From Desulfatiglandales bacterium (lineage in GTDB: Bacteria > Desulfobacterota > DSM-4660 > Desulfatiglandales > Desulfatiglandaceae), in NCBI GenBank assembly GCA_963662465.1, contig OY759599.1, forward strand, positions 6,176,001-6,240,000: a stretch of DNA of 64,000 nucleotides, given 5' to 3'. Below, in pieces: positions 11,257 through 20,109 of the stretch. Every line of letters begins with the position of its first letter. Positions within the stretch are counted from its first letter, which is position 1. A model generated the notes under the pieces. It was not told the DNA's origin. It searched no databases and worked only from the letters and a program-made list of their open reading frames with translations. The position numbers were made by a program, and so were the translations under genes.

Positions 11257-12781
11257 GATCTCTTGACCCTCCCGTACCCGACCACCCCTCCCCAAGAACA
11301 CCGCCCATGGGACGAAGTGCCCCCATATGGATGATATCATCCCGGGCCAGTTCCCGGGGAGCGCCTGTGCCCACCACCCGGCCTCCGTGTAAAACCACCC
11401 ATCGACTGGCCGTGGCAAGAGCGAATTCCAGGTCGTGGGTCACCACCACGATGGTCACCCCCTTTTCCCTGAGTGATAGAAGGCATCCGGCCAAGGCTTC
11501 CAAAAACCGACCGTCCTGCCCCACCGTGGGTTCATCCAGAACCAGCAACTTCGGTCCCATGGCCAGGATTGAGGCCACGGATACCCGTTTCTTTTGCCCC
11601 TCGCTGAGGCGGTAGGGGGACCGGTCCAAAAGTTCGTTGAGATGGAAAAGAGCGCACAACTCCCGGAACCGATCCTCGGCCCCCTCCGGGGAGAGTTTCA
11701 ACCCGATTTTAAGTTCATCCGCCACGCTGTTTTTAAAAAATTGATCGTTGGGGTTTTGAAAGGAGATCCCGATCTGACCGGCCATACGGGACGGCCCCGC
11801 CCTTCCGATCTTCTTTCCCATGTAGATCACTTTCCCTCCTTGAGGGGGCAGGAGGCCGTTGAAATGCCGGACCAGGGTAGTCTTGCCCGACCCATTGGAC
11901 CCCACCACCGCGAGGATTTCGCCTACCCCCACCTGAAGAGAGACATCATGAAGAATCGGTTTGTGATCTATTTCATAGCGGATGTTTTGCAGCTGAAGCA
12001 GGGGTTCCACCAGCGGCGCCGCCGCTTCGAAGACAGGTCCGGCGGGATAGCGGAGCAATAGATGCTGGTCCAGAAGCACCGGACCCGCCGCCTTGGGGAG
12101 GCTGTCAAAGAGGCATCTGCCCCGGTTCATAACCACGCAGCGGGTGGCATCTGAGAGTATGGCCTCTACCCGCTGCTCAATAACCACCACGGTGGTCCCC
12201 TGCCGGTGAAGGCGGCGAAGAATTTTCCGGACCCGCTCAGCCCCTTGCCGGTCCAGGTGAGCCAGGGGTTCATCCAGAACCAGAATGGGAGGCGCCGTAC
12301 AGAGGACCGATGCAATGGCCACCAACCGCTTTTCCCCCCCGGAAAGGGTCGTGGGGGAACGGTCCAGCAGATGCCCGATACCCACGGCCTCTGCGGTACT
12401 CCGGATCTCTTCCTGGATTTCCGGGGCGGGCCGGCCCAGGCTCTCCAGGCCGAAGGCGATCTCATTTTCCACGGTACTGTTGAAGAGCTGAGCGTCAGTG
12501 TTCTGAAACACCAGGCCCACTGTTTCAAACAGATCCGCCACTGTGAGATCCGCCGTGTCCCGGCCCATGATGGAGATCCGTCCTTCGAGGGTCCCACCGA
12601 AAAAATGGGGGATGAGACCGTTTAGAAGGTACCCCAGGGTGGATTTCCCCGATCCGCTCCCGCCGCAGAGCAGCAGGTAATCCCCTTTGTCCACGGTAAG
12701 ATTGATGCCTTTAAGTGCCCCGGTCCCATTTGAGTCCGGATATTGGTAGTGTATGTTGGAGAGACGGATCACGGTTTCCAA
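11246..12781 (-). CDS. ECF transporter duplicated ATPase (two ABC domains); start near 12781/12772, not the 13162 given in the ORF track
   Basis: Two Walker A motifs (GGSGSGKST, GSNGSGKTT), two signature motifs (LSGGEK, LSEGQK), two LDEP Walker B motifs. Confidence 0.88.
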   Translation of the reverse strand: METVIRLSNIHYQYPDSNGTGALKGINLTVDKGDYLLLCGGSGSGKSTLGYLLNGLIPHFFGGTLEGRISIMGRDTADLTVADLFETVGLVFQNTDAQLFNSTVENEIAFGLESLGRPAPEIQEEIRSTAEAVGIGHLLDRSPTTLSGGEKRLVAIASVLCTAPPILVLDEPLAHLDRQGAERVRKILRRLHRQGTTVVVIEQRVEAILSDATRCVVMNRGRCLFDSLPKAAGPVLLDQHLLLRYPAGPVFEAAAPLVEPLLQLQNIRYEIDHKPILHDVSLQVGVGEILAVVGSNGSGKTTLVRHFNGLLPPQGGKVIYMGKKIGRAGPSRMAGQIGISFQNPNDQFFKNSVADELKIGLKLSPEGAEDRFRELCALFHLNELLDRSPYRLSEGQKKRVSVASILAMGPKLLVLDEPTVGQDGRFLEALAGCLLSLREKGVTIVVVTHDLEFALATASRWVVLHGGRVVGTGAPRELARDDIIHMGALRPMGGVLGEGWSGTGGSRDRGH

Positions 12782-13251
12782 AGGCCGGCCTTTCTGAGCA
12801 GATGAAGGGCCATAATGCCGAAGACCGTACCACCCAGGGTGCTGACGCTGAAGGCGATGATCAGGGTCGCCATGGCCATGGACTTGCCCATGAACAGGGG
12901 CGCCACGATCCAGGCGCTTGCAAGAGCCCCCAAGAGCCCTGTTCCCACCACCTCTCCGGCCCCGGCCCAGTAGATGTTCCGAAAAGCCTTGTAAGCCAGG
13001 CCTGCCAGGAGTGCTCCGATCATCCCCCCGGGAAAAGCCAGGAGGGTGCCAAGCCCCAGGATATTGCGAAGGATGGCGGCTATCATGGCCATGATCACCG
13101 CGTAGAGGGGCCCTAGCATCACTGCGGCCAGGACGTTCACCATGTGCTGGGCCGGAAAGCACTTGGCGATGCCCACGGGGATAAAGATGGGGGAAAGCGC
13201 CACGGAAACGGCTACCAGGATCACGGCAAGGGCCACTTGTTTGGTCTTCAT
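12769..13251 (-). CDS. thiW: ECF transporter S component, ThiW family
   Basis: KCFPAQHMVNVLAAVMLGP, LRNILGLGTLLAFPGGMIGA, GEVVGTG motifs. Confidence 0.85.
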   Translation of the reverse strand: MKTKQVALAVILVAVSVALSPIFIPVGIAKCFPAQHMVNVLAAVMLGPLYAVIMAMIAAILRNILGLGTLLAFPGGMIGALLAGLAYKAFRNIYWAGAGEVVGTGLLGALASAWIVAPLFMGKSMAMATLIIAFSVSTLGGTVFGIMALHLLRKAGLWKP

Positions 13252-13361
13252 GATATCCATTCCTTTCTCCCTGGGATGAAAAAATCCAATCCGCACAGGT
13301 TTCGGTTTTGTAGCGCGATGGGTTCTGTGCCTTTGTTGTCGGTCACGGGAATCCTCTCCAC

Positions 13362-13395
13362 AAAAAAACCGCTTTCCTCCAAAGAAGAAAAGCGG
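13362..13395 (-). terminator. intrinsic terminator after the DsrE selenoprotein gene
   Basis: Minus strand ccgcttttcttc-ttt-ggaggaaagcgg followed by T7. Confidence 0.75.
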
Positions 13396-13413
13396 CTCAA
13401 TAGGTTAATTTAT

Positions 13414-13764
13414 TTAAAACGTAAAAACCTTGGCTTCTGCAGCCAAATCTATCAAATGGGGTCCGCCATCTAAAATCATGTTTGAGAAGAACTTTGACTC
13501 GTCAACCTGACGATTCTTAGCGCAGGGGATTCAGACGCCAAAGGGAACTTCTTTTTCCAGCAGGTAGGGAAAATAGTCATTTGGACAATCACCCGTTCCC
13601 GTTTTCTGTGTAAAGTCTCTTTGATTATTTGCCCACAATACACCGCCGTCTATCATGAAAACATTTACACCATGTCCTTTTGAATGAGCAATTTTGGCGA
13701 ATTGAAAACACCTGGTCGCCTTCTCGTTGTCATCCTGACTTAACACAAATAAAAAATTGGCCAT
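13414..13764 (-). CDS. DsrE-family (seleno)protein, 116 aa, Sec at TGA 13531-13533 (UxxC)
   Basis: The frame continues past TGA as U-IPCAKNRQVDESKFFSNMILDGGPHLIDLAAEAKVFTF*, completing the DsrE fold; paralog at 31551-31937 has CAPCAKTRQ at the same position; hairpin follows the UGA. Confidence 0.88.
13499..13513 (-). promoter_or_regulatory. putative bacterial SECIS hairpin (DsrE gene)
   Basis: UCGUC-AGGUU-GACGA starting 18 nt after the UGA. Confidence 0.7.
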
Positions 13765-13837
13765 AAGTTAACTCCTTTCTTTTTGTAAAAAATTCAAATT
13801 GACATAAAACAACCGTGGGCATTCCCTTACTTCCATT

Positions 13838-14677
13838 TCAGTGGAGTGTCCTTTCATCCCAGTCATCATCATCGTCGTCGTAATCTTCATCCGGAAGCAA
13901 ATCAGACATTGCCATGGCCTCGTAGGCTGTGTCGACAATGTCTTCGTCATCGGATTGGGTCAGGTCACTGAGAATCTCTGCTGCCTCTTGCGGGCGGATG
14001 TTCGCTATGGCTTCAATAGCTGCCAGTCGCAACGATTTGGCGGTCAATTCACTGGTGGCGAGACCCAGAATGTGAGACCATGCGGCATCCACCTCCCAGG
14101 TCCCCGCGGCGCAAACCGCCTCATAGTGAATATCCTCGTTTTTGGATTTTAACGCCTCCAGGATCTGGGTCTCAAACCCCTGAATATATCGCATGCAAAA
14201 TACTGCCGTGAGCCGCCATAACGCGTCACCGCTGGAATACGCATCACGGACTGCCTCTTGGTGCCATTCTTGGGGCGCCCGCACCGATCCCTCCAAAGTT
14301 CGACGCCGAACTTCCATGGGAATATCAATATCCATGTAGAGCTCGCGGAGGGATTTCTGGATTTCGTGAAATGTTTTTTCGGAAATGGGCACGTCTTCGG
14401 GGTCCTCGAACCCATCGAAATAGGCAGTTTCTAAAACCGGTCCCAGAGATATCACCGCTCTTGCGCGGAGCTCCTCCGGTTCGGCGCCATTGCGCACGAT
14501 AGAAAGCAATGCAGCAACGAGTTCATCATTGACAACCGTATAATCACCCGCCAGATCTGCTGCAAGCAGACGGTCTGATTTATCCTTTTGGTTATCACGA
14601 AGGATTCCCAAAAGTATTTTGTCCGTACCTTGAGGCCATTCCCAAGGGGGTATATCTTCCAAAACCTTCAGTTCCAT
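13838..14677 (-). CDS. HEAT-repeat protein with acidic tail
   Basis: Repeated LRxxAxxxLG helical motifs; Asp-rich C terminus; ggagga RBS. Confidence 0.75.
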   Translation of the reverse strand: MELKVLEDIPPWEWPQGTDKILLGILRDNQKDKSDRLLAADLAGDYTVVNDELVAALLSIVRNGAEPEELRARAVISLGPVLETAYFDGFEDPEDVPISEKTFHEIQKSLRELYMDIDIPMEVRRRTLEGSVRAPQEWHQEAVRDAYSSGDALWRLTAVFCMRYIQGFETQILEALKSKNEDIHYEAVCAAGTWEVDAAWSHILGLATSELTAKSLRLAAIEAIANIRPQEAAEILSDLTQSDDEDIVDTAYEAMAMSDLLPDEDYDDDDDDWDERTLH

Positions 14678-14799
14678 GATTTTCCTCCTACATTTTATAT
14701 TGCCTTCAGAACACCTCTCCCGCGAGCCGATTATAACGGATAACGAACAGCAAAGCCAGCCCTCAGATAACGAATTCGTCGCGGATTTCTTTAATCCTC

Positions 14800-15070
14800 A
14801 AGTGCTTCCCTATGCCAAACTCAGCAAATGAACCGGAGTATTCTCTCCGACGTTTTGAACCGTGTTTTCTCCGACACTTATCTGGTTTCTTTTCCAGCCT
14901 TTTCGTAGGTCGACCTTGGGGCAATTTCCCCCATTCAATGCGGCGCAAACACGCTTAATGCCGGTTCGATATCGTCGCATCGCATCGCAATGGCAATCCT
15001 GGCATAAGCGGGTTTCGGCAGACGCTACGCTTGTCGAATCCCTCGCCCGGGGAGCCCTTTTGGCAAGGCT
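14800..15070 (-). pseudogene. degenerate partial duplicate of the 3' part of the neighbouring Schlafen/ATPase gene
   Basis: gggtttcggcagacgctacgcttg, ccggagtattytctccgacgtttt and gtaggtcgrccttggg segments match 15230-15525, with indels and stops. Confidence 0.75.
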
Positions 15071-16462
15071 TTAGTCAGTAACGACCCAGTGTCCACCCTT
15101 ATCTGGCCCCGTACGCCTGAGTCGACCTTCCGCTTGAAGGTTTTTTATGTTTCGTTCAATGGAACGAGTTGTGACGCCTATCTCCTCAGCCAATTCAGCG
15201 ATCGTAATAAGTTTGCTCGATGCCATGAGCCGGAGTATTTTCTCCGACGTTTTCTCCGACGTTTTCTCCGACGTTTTCTCCGACGTTTTCCGGGTTTCGT
15301 CTTTGGCCTTTGGGTAGGTCGGCCTTGGGAATTCAAGGGTGAACATGGTGTTGAAACGGATGTTGACCATGGGGCAATTTTCAATTTGCAATGCTGCTCG
15401 AATGCGCTCAATGCCGGTTCCCATTTTTTCGATATAGTCGCATCGCAACAGCAAGCTTGCGATGAGTGGGTTTCGGCAGACGCTACGCTTGCCGAATTCC
15501 TCGGCTGAGAGCCCTTTGGGAAGCCCACCGGGGTTGTAAATTTCAACCCGATCATCGAAGATTTCCACCATTACCTGTGCGCCTTGCTCCAGGTAGTCCC
15601 GGTGGCAAACAGCGTTGACCATTGCTTCGCGTAGCGCGATTTCAGGCAGTTCCAAGATTTCTTTGCGGCGAGTACTTTGGCGGGTGATTTCCCAGCGCAA
15701 TTGAAGGTGTTTTTTCAAAAAGAGCAGGGCCTCTTCCACGTTTTCCAGCAGATTGCCGTCCAGTTCCTTCCGATCCAGAATATAGGCTTTTCCGGTGCCT
15801 TTGAACAGTGCACAGACTACACTCACATGGAACAGCCGTTGAGTAGGCTTTTTGGCGAAAAAGAGAACCCCAGTCTGGTTGAGATAAAACTGTCCGTCTT
15901 TTTCATCCCCGGCGCCGAGGTTAAGAAGCAGATTGGCGGTATCCGGTTTGGGAGAGATATTTGCCAGTTTCAGGAAATGGTTCAGGCGGTTTGCATCGAG
16001 GGCCTCTTCCCAATTCAGATCCAACCTGAGTTGTTGATCAAAGCGAACCTTCCCTTCCGCCTGAATAAAGCTGGTGATATCATGGGTACTCATTTTCTGG
16101 GAGCTGGCGCCATTGCGCAGATAAAAGCCCTTGTTGCAGCGATGAGGCCTGTTGGCGCCTTCCGGCACATGGATGACCAGAATTTTGTGTTGCGGGAGTT
16201 TTTCAATCCGGATGGCCACCGGCGGATCGCATGAGCTTGCCATATCTTCTATTTTTGACAGGGTTTTGTTGGAAAGATCGCAGCCGACAATTTGATTGTG
16301 ATCATTAACGCCAATCAAAATGCGTCCACCCGAAGCATTGGCAAAGGCCACCAATTCTTTGGGGAGATCCGAGTTGATGCTGCGCTTAAATTCCAGCGTA
16401 TAGCCCTCGCCCTCTTCAAGAATGAGGACCAATTCTTCATCTGTCGTTTTGCGATATCTCAT
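15071..16462 (-). CDS. Schlafen/AlbA_2 domain + HATPase_c_4 + wHTH protein (often annotated RecG-like or transcriptional regulator); ATG 16462 or TTG 16519
   Basis: GEGYTLEFK...ELVAFANASGG (AlbA_2); ALREAMVNAVCHRDY, NPGGL, RNPLIA, EKMGTG; C-terminal wHTH ending GPDKGGHW. Confidence 0.85.
   Translation of the reverse strand: MRYRKTTDEELVLILEEGEGYTLEFKRSINSDLPKELVAFANASGGRILIGVNDHNQIVGCDLSNKTLSKIEDMASSCDPPVAIRIEKLPQHKILVIHVPEGANRPHRCNKGFYLRNGASSQKMSTHDITSFIQAEGKVRFDQQLRLDLNWEEALDANRLNHFLKLANISPKPDTANLLLNLGAGDEKDGQFYLNQTGVLFFAKKPTQRLFHVSVVCALFKGTGKAYILDRKELDGNLLENVEEALLFLKKHLQLRWEITRQSTRRKEILELPEIALREAMVNAVCHRDYLEQGAQVMVEIFDDRVEIYNPGGLPKGLSAEEFGKRSVCRNPLIASLLLRCDYIEKMGTGIERIRAALQIENCPMVNIRFNTMFTLEFPRPTYPKAKDETRKTSEKTSEKTSEKTSEKILRLMASSKLITIAELAEEIGVTTRSIERNIKNLQAEGRLRRTGPDKGGHWVVTD
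15238..15290. repeat. 12-bp tandem repeat (ttttctccgacg) x4 plus partial, encoding KTSE linker repeats
   Basis: Four perfect copies at 15238-15285. Confidence 0.95.
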
Positions 16463-16515
16463 GCGGTCGTCTGCTCCGTGAGCCAAAGTATCCCGATTAT
16501 TGAATATGTTCTTTT

Positions 16516-17193
16516 TCAACCAGCTGTTTCTACGAAATAGGCCTCATCCCACAGCCCGGTTTTCATCTCTGACGTTGAAATAAGATCATGAAACCGCTCA
16601 AGAATGGCGGCTTCTGAATACCGCTTCAATTCTTGGGCCATATTGTCTGGAGATACCTCCCCATCCGACTCCACGTATAAATGTATATGGTCCGGGGCCA
16701 ACCAGAGGAGATTGGCAAAACCGCCCACTGCCTCGCTACAAATCGTGATAGCATTACTGATGTAGTCAACCATGGGTTCCGGCGCAGCAAAAACCGGCCT
16801 TCTGCCGATCACGTTCCAGGCAAAATGATACTTGATGTTAAGCATCATATCCCCGGGATTTCGTGCCAGTTTTTGCAGTGCCAACGCCCGTTGATACTTT
16901 ACCCTTTCGGAATTAAACAATTTTTCCGGGGTGATCCCAACAGGCTGGTCTTTGGGCGCCATCTGTGTTTTCTGCCCTGATGACGTAACCAGTTTCAGCA
17001 ACGGCTGAAAGGCATGGCATTCGAAAAAAACCGTTTCCTGTGTTGACCGGTTTAGATCACAAAGCACTTCTTCTTGAAAACTCAAATCCCGGCAAAAGCG
17101 GCAGCCGGCAGGAATGAATGGCTTGGATGATTTGGTACACGCCAGACATTTTTCAGGAAAATGATTTTGAGATGATGTTTTCTCCAATTCCAT
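16516..17193 (-). CDS. Cys-rich N-terminal domain fused to a truncated IS200-type Y1/HUH domain
   Basis: CLAC/CRFC N terminus; KYHFAWNVIGRRPVF, PDHIHLYV (HUH) and LWDEAYFVETAG; the protein stops before the usual catalytic-Tyr helix. Confidence 0.72.
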   Translation of the reverse strand: MELEKTSSQNHFPEKCLACTKSSKPFIPAGCRFCRDLSFQEEVLCDLNRSTQETVFFECHAFQPLLKLVTSSGQKTQMAPKDQPVGITPEKLFNSERVKYQRALALQKLARNPGDMMLNIKYHFAWNVIGRRPVFAAPEPMVDYISNAITICSEAVGGFANLLWLAPDHIHLYVESDGEVSPDNMAQELKRYSEAAILERFHDLISTSEMKTGLWDEAYFVETAG

Positions 17194-17199
17194 TTTATC

Positions 17200-18279
17200 T
17201 CAACTCCGAATTCCGAAACGGCTCAATTGGGCGCTTTGCTCTTTTCCCTTGGGCAATTCCACCGCCTTCAGCAACCGCTCGATCTGATTCGGATCTGGCA
17301 GCTTGCCTTCCAATTCCGCAGGCAGTTTACGGACAATGCGGTAGGCGGCCACACCGATGGGTTTGTTGCTCTCTTTGAGGGCATATTCCACGATGGTGCG
17401 ATTTTTATGGCGGCACAGGATCATGCCGATGGAGGGGGTTTCGTCGGGCATGCGGACACGGTCGTCCAAGACGGCGAGATAGAACTGCATCTTGCCCACA
17501 TGTTCGGGTTTAAAGTCACTGGTTTTCAATTCAACGGCCACCAAGCATTTGAGCAGGCGGTGGTAGAGGAGCAGGTCGATAAAATATTCCTGGCCTTCGA
17601 TCTCCAGGCGGTACTGGCTGCCCATGAAGGCGAACATGCCGCCCATTTCGCGGAGGAAATGCTCGATGCGGGCGATGATGGCGTGTTCAAGCTCTCTTTC
17701 GCTGTGTTCCTCGCCCAGTTCCAGAAAGTCGAAGGTGTATTCATCGCGGATCGCCAGCTTGGCCTGGGGGCTGATGGACTCGGACAGGGTTTCATTGAAA
17801 TTGTTTTGGCCCAGCAGGGTTTTTTCGTAGGTTTGGTCCTCAATGCGAATGGCCAGGACATTCTTGGTCCAACCGTATTTGCGGGTCATACGGAGATAAA
17901 ATTCTCTTTCCAGATCATCCTTGCACTTATCCAGAATGATCAGATTATGGGTCCATCCAATTTCTGCAACCATTGGCTGCAGTTTTTGGTTTTCCCGGTA
18001 ACAAAGATAAAATTGACGCATGTACCAGATGTTTCGTGCCGAAAAACCGCTGAGACCGGGAAATTCTTCACGCAAATCCGATCCCAGCCGTTCCACCACT
18101 GATTTTCCCCAGCTTTTTTCTTGCTGTCGCTCAGCGATGATGCGGCCGATGTCCCAGTATAGGGTGATGAGGTGCAGGTTGACCACTTTTAGGGCGTCGT
18201 ACTGTGCGGTTCGGACCCGTTTTTTGATGGCTTCAAGAGCCGATTTGTAATCGGAAGGGGTGGGTGTTTTTTTAGCCAT
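17200..18279 (-). CDS. YhcG/DUF1016 PD-(D/E)xK nuclease domain protein
   Basis: LYWDIG, GFSARNIWYMRQFY, YTFDFL, IDLLLYH, VELK, GKMQFY motifs. Confidence 0.88.
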   Translation of the reverse strand: MAKKTPTPSDYKSALEAIKKRVRTAQYDALKVVNLHLITLYWDIGRIIAERQQEKSWGKSVVERLGSDLREEFPGLSGFSARNIWYMRQFYLCYRENQKLQPMVAEIGWTHNLIILDKCKDDLEREFYLRMTRKYGWTKNVLAIRIEDQTYEKTLLGQNNFNETLSESISPQAKLAIRDEYTFDFLELGEEHSERELEHAIIARIEHFLREMGGMFAFMGSQYRLEIEGQEYFIDLLLYHRLLKCLVAVELKTSDFKPEHVGKMQFYLAVLDDRVRMPDETPSIGMILCRHKNRTIVEYALKESNKPIGVAAYRIVRKLPAELEGKLPDPNQIERLLKAVELPKGKEQSAQLSRFGIRS

Positions 18280-18331
18280 GATTCAATGGACCTCTTCAAG
18301 GAGTTGAGCTGTTTCGTCCATCTTTTCTCCG

Positions 18332-20107
18332 TTATGTCGCCGCCTGTTCCACGATGGCGTCGGCCAACTGGACTTGGGTGTTTTGGGCGGCGTTCAGCCG
18401 AGCTTTCAGAGTATCGTAGATGGCCATAAGTTTATCGACTTTGGCGACGATTCGATGTTGTTCGTCTATAGGAGGCAGAGGTAAAAGCCAATTATTTAAT
18501 GCAACCATACCTATATTTGCTTGATTTGCTGTGCCAGTAGACTGTGCATAAATCTCGTCAAGTAACCGATCTTCTTTAATAACCATGTTGAGAAAATCAG
18601 GTACAATCAGTAACCCTCTTATTATGCACAATCGCTGGTTCAAATATAATTTTCGCGGCTCAAAATGTTCTGGTCGAACTATCAGCGAATATAGATAGTC
18701 TCTTTTGCCTTTTGTACCAGTCATGGTTATCAAAATATTATTTAGTTCAATTTGGTATTCTGAAGTTTCCTCGGCTAAGTTAGCTGGTATGTATACAGGT
18801 TTCTCATCTAACCGAAGAAAATCAGGCCTGATATTACCCATCCGAATTACTTGGTGGTTACCAGAATCGGAAAACGCCGAACTTTTATAAGCGAAGCCCC
18901 CCTGTAAAATAGATAGCGCTCCAAGACGTACCCACTCCCATCCTTTCGGCAGTTCAAACAGCTTTTCATCCTCACCAATTTCCGGTAAAGGTTTTTGCTT
19001 TTTAAATTTACCTTCTTTGATGAGCTGAGCTTTTTCTTTGGCGATTTTTTCCAGCAGAATACTGGCAGGTTCGTCGTTGGGATCTTGGGGAACGAGTTTC
19101 CCCATGACGGCGAGTTGAAGGATGGTTTGTTTTAGATGGTCGATGGTCTGTTCGGTGGTGAACAGGGTGTCGAAGTGGTTGGCGATGCGTTCCCAGGCTT
19201 CGGCAAATTCTCTTTGATCGGCGGCATTGGCGAGGGTGGCGAGCAGGGTTTCCACCAGGGTTTGGTGGGTGGCGTTGCTGTCGGCTTGCTGCTGTTCCAG
19301 TTGGTCGCAGAGGACCATCAGTTCATCGACTTTGGCAACGATGCGACGTTGTTCTGCGAGAGGCGGAAGCGCGACTACGGTTGCTGTAATTTTTTCACGG
19401 GAAATATTTGGCTGCGCCCCACCAGATCCCATTCCAATGAACCTATTCTTATATGCTTTTAACAAAGTTAAAAGAAAGATGTTCGCAAGTCCACTAAATG
19501 GTGTACAAGCGCACACCGCCTGATTTGTTGTCGCAGGAACCTTTAAAATGGATGTCTTTCCAATTGTTGCACCGTACATTGCAACCAAAACATCGCCAGC
19601 TTTATTATTGCGAAGTGAAGTCTCTTTGAGTGCCAATTCCGTAACATATTCTTCTGAAGTGGAGATATAATCACCTACGAGTTCCCCTGACTTAAACCAA
19701 GGGATCTTACCACCAAAATAGTCATGGCGATTCCGTGTCGGAGTCGCTCCCGCTCCCCACTCGCCAAGATCATTCAATCTCACAAATTGCCATCCATTTG
19801 GGAGTTTGAACGGTTTTTCTTCGTCAGCAATTCCTGAAAGCGCTTTTGGCTTTTTGATTTTCTTTTCTTTGACAAGTTGAATTCTTTCCTTGGCGATTTT
19901 TTCCAGTAGGATGCTGGCGGGTTCATCATCGGGATCTTGTGGCAACAGTTTACCCCGTACGGCCAACTCCAGAATCAGCTCACGCAGCTTCTTGATCCCA
20001 TGTGGGCTTTGGCCATTTGAATTTTTCCCGCGACCTCTGCCGCCGTTGGTCTTTGGCGTCTCGGCGGTCGCCCAGATATCCATATGTTCGGTGATCACGC
20101 TTACCAT
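18332..20107 (-). CDS. hsdS: type I restriction-modification specificity subunit
   Basis: Two TRDs with repeated LAVxGKLxPQDPxDEPASILLEKI, LPxGWxxVRL and LPPxxEQxRIVAKVD blocks; AT-rich TRDs. Confidence 0.93.
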   Translation of the reverse strand: MVSVITEHMDIWATAETPKTNGGRGRGKNSNGQSPHGIKKLRELILELAVRGKLLPQDPDDEPASILLEKIAKERIQLVKEKKIKKPKALSGIADEEKPFKLPNGWQFVRLNDLGEWGAGATPTRNRHDYFGGKIPWFKSGELVGDYISTSEEYVTELALKETSLRNNKAGDVLVAMYGATIGKTSILKVPATTNQAVCACTPFSGLANIFLLTLLKAYKNRFIGMGSGGAQPNISREKITATVVALPPLAEQRRIVAKVDELMVLCDQLEQQQADSNATHQTLVETLLATLANAADQREFAEAWERIANHFDTLFTTEQTIDHLKQTILQLAVMGKLVPQDPNDEPASILLEKIAKEKAQLIKEGKFKKQKPLPEIGEDEKLFELPKGWEWVRLGALSILQGGFAYKSSAFSDSGNHQVIRMGNIRPDFLRLDEKPVYIPANLAEETSEYQIELNNILITMTGTKGKRDYLYSLIVRPEHFEPRKLYLNQRLCIIRGLLIVPDFLNMVIKEDRLLDEIYAQSTGTANQANIGMVALNNWLLPLPPIDEQHRIVAKVDKLMAIYDTLKARLNAAQNTQVQLADAIVEQAAT

Positions 20108-20109
20108 TT

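Noticed and set aside
12782..13162. N-terminal extension of the ECF ATPase given in the ORF track (638 aa)
   Set aside because: It overlaps thiW in another frame and is not protein-like; the real start is near 12781/12772
13414..13500. Hairpins plus terminator upstream of thiW that looked like a riboswitch/attenuator leader
   Set aside because: The sequence is the read-through C-terminal coding region of the DsrE selenoprotein, and the terminator simply follows its TAA stop
15238..15290. Short direct repeats as a CRISPR array
   Set aside because: 12-bp head-to-tail coding repeats without spacers; no cas genes in the window
16516..17193. Active IS200/IS605 insertion sequence
   Set aside because: No catalytic-Tyr helix, no tnpB, no evident terminal hairpins, and tight operonic packing
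19040..19990. Direct repeats within hsdS as a phase-variation (shufflon) system
   Set aside because: These are the normal duplicated conserved regions of HsdS; there are no inverted repeats, silent hsdS copies or recombinase nearby
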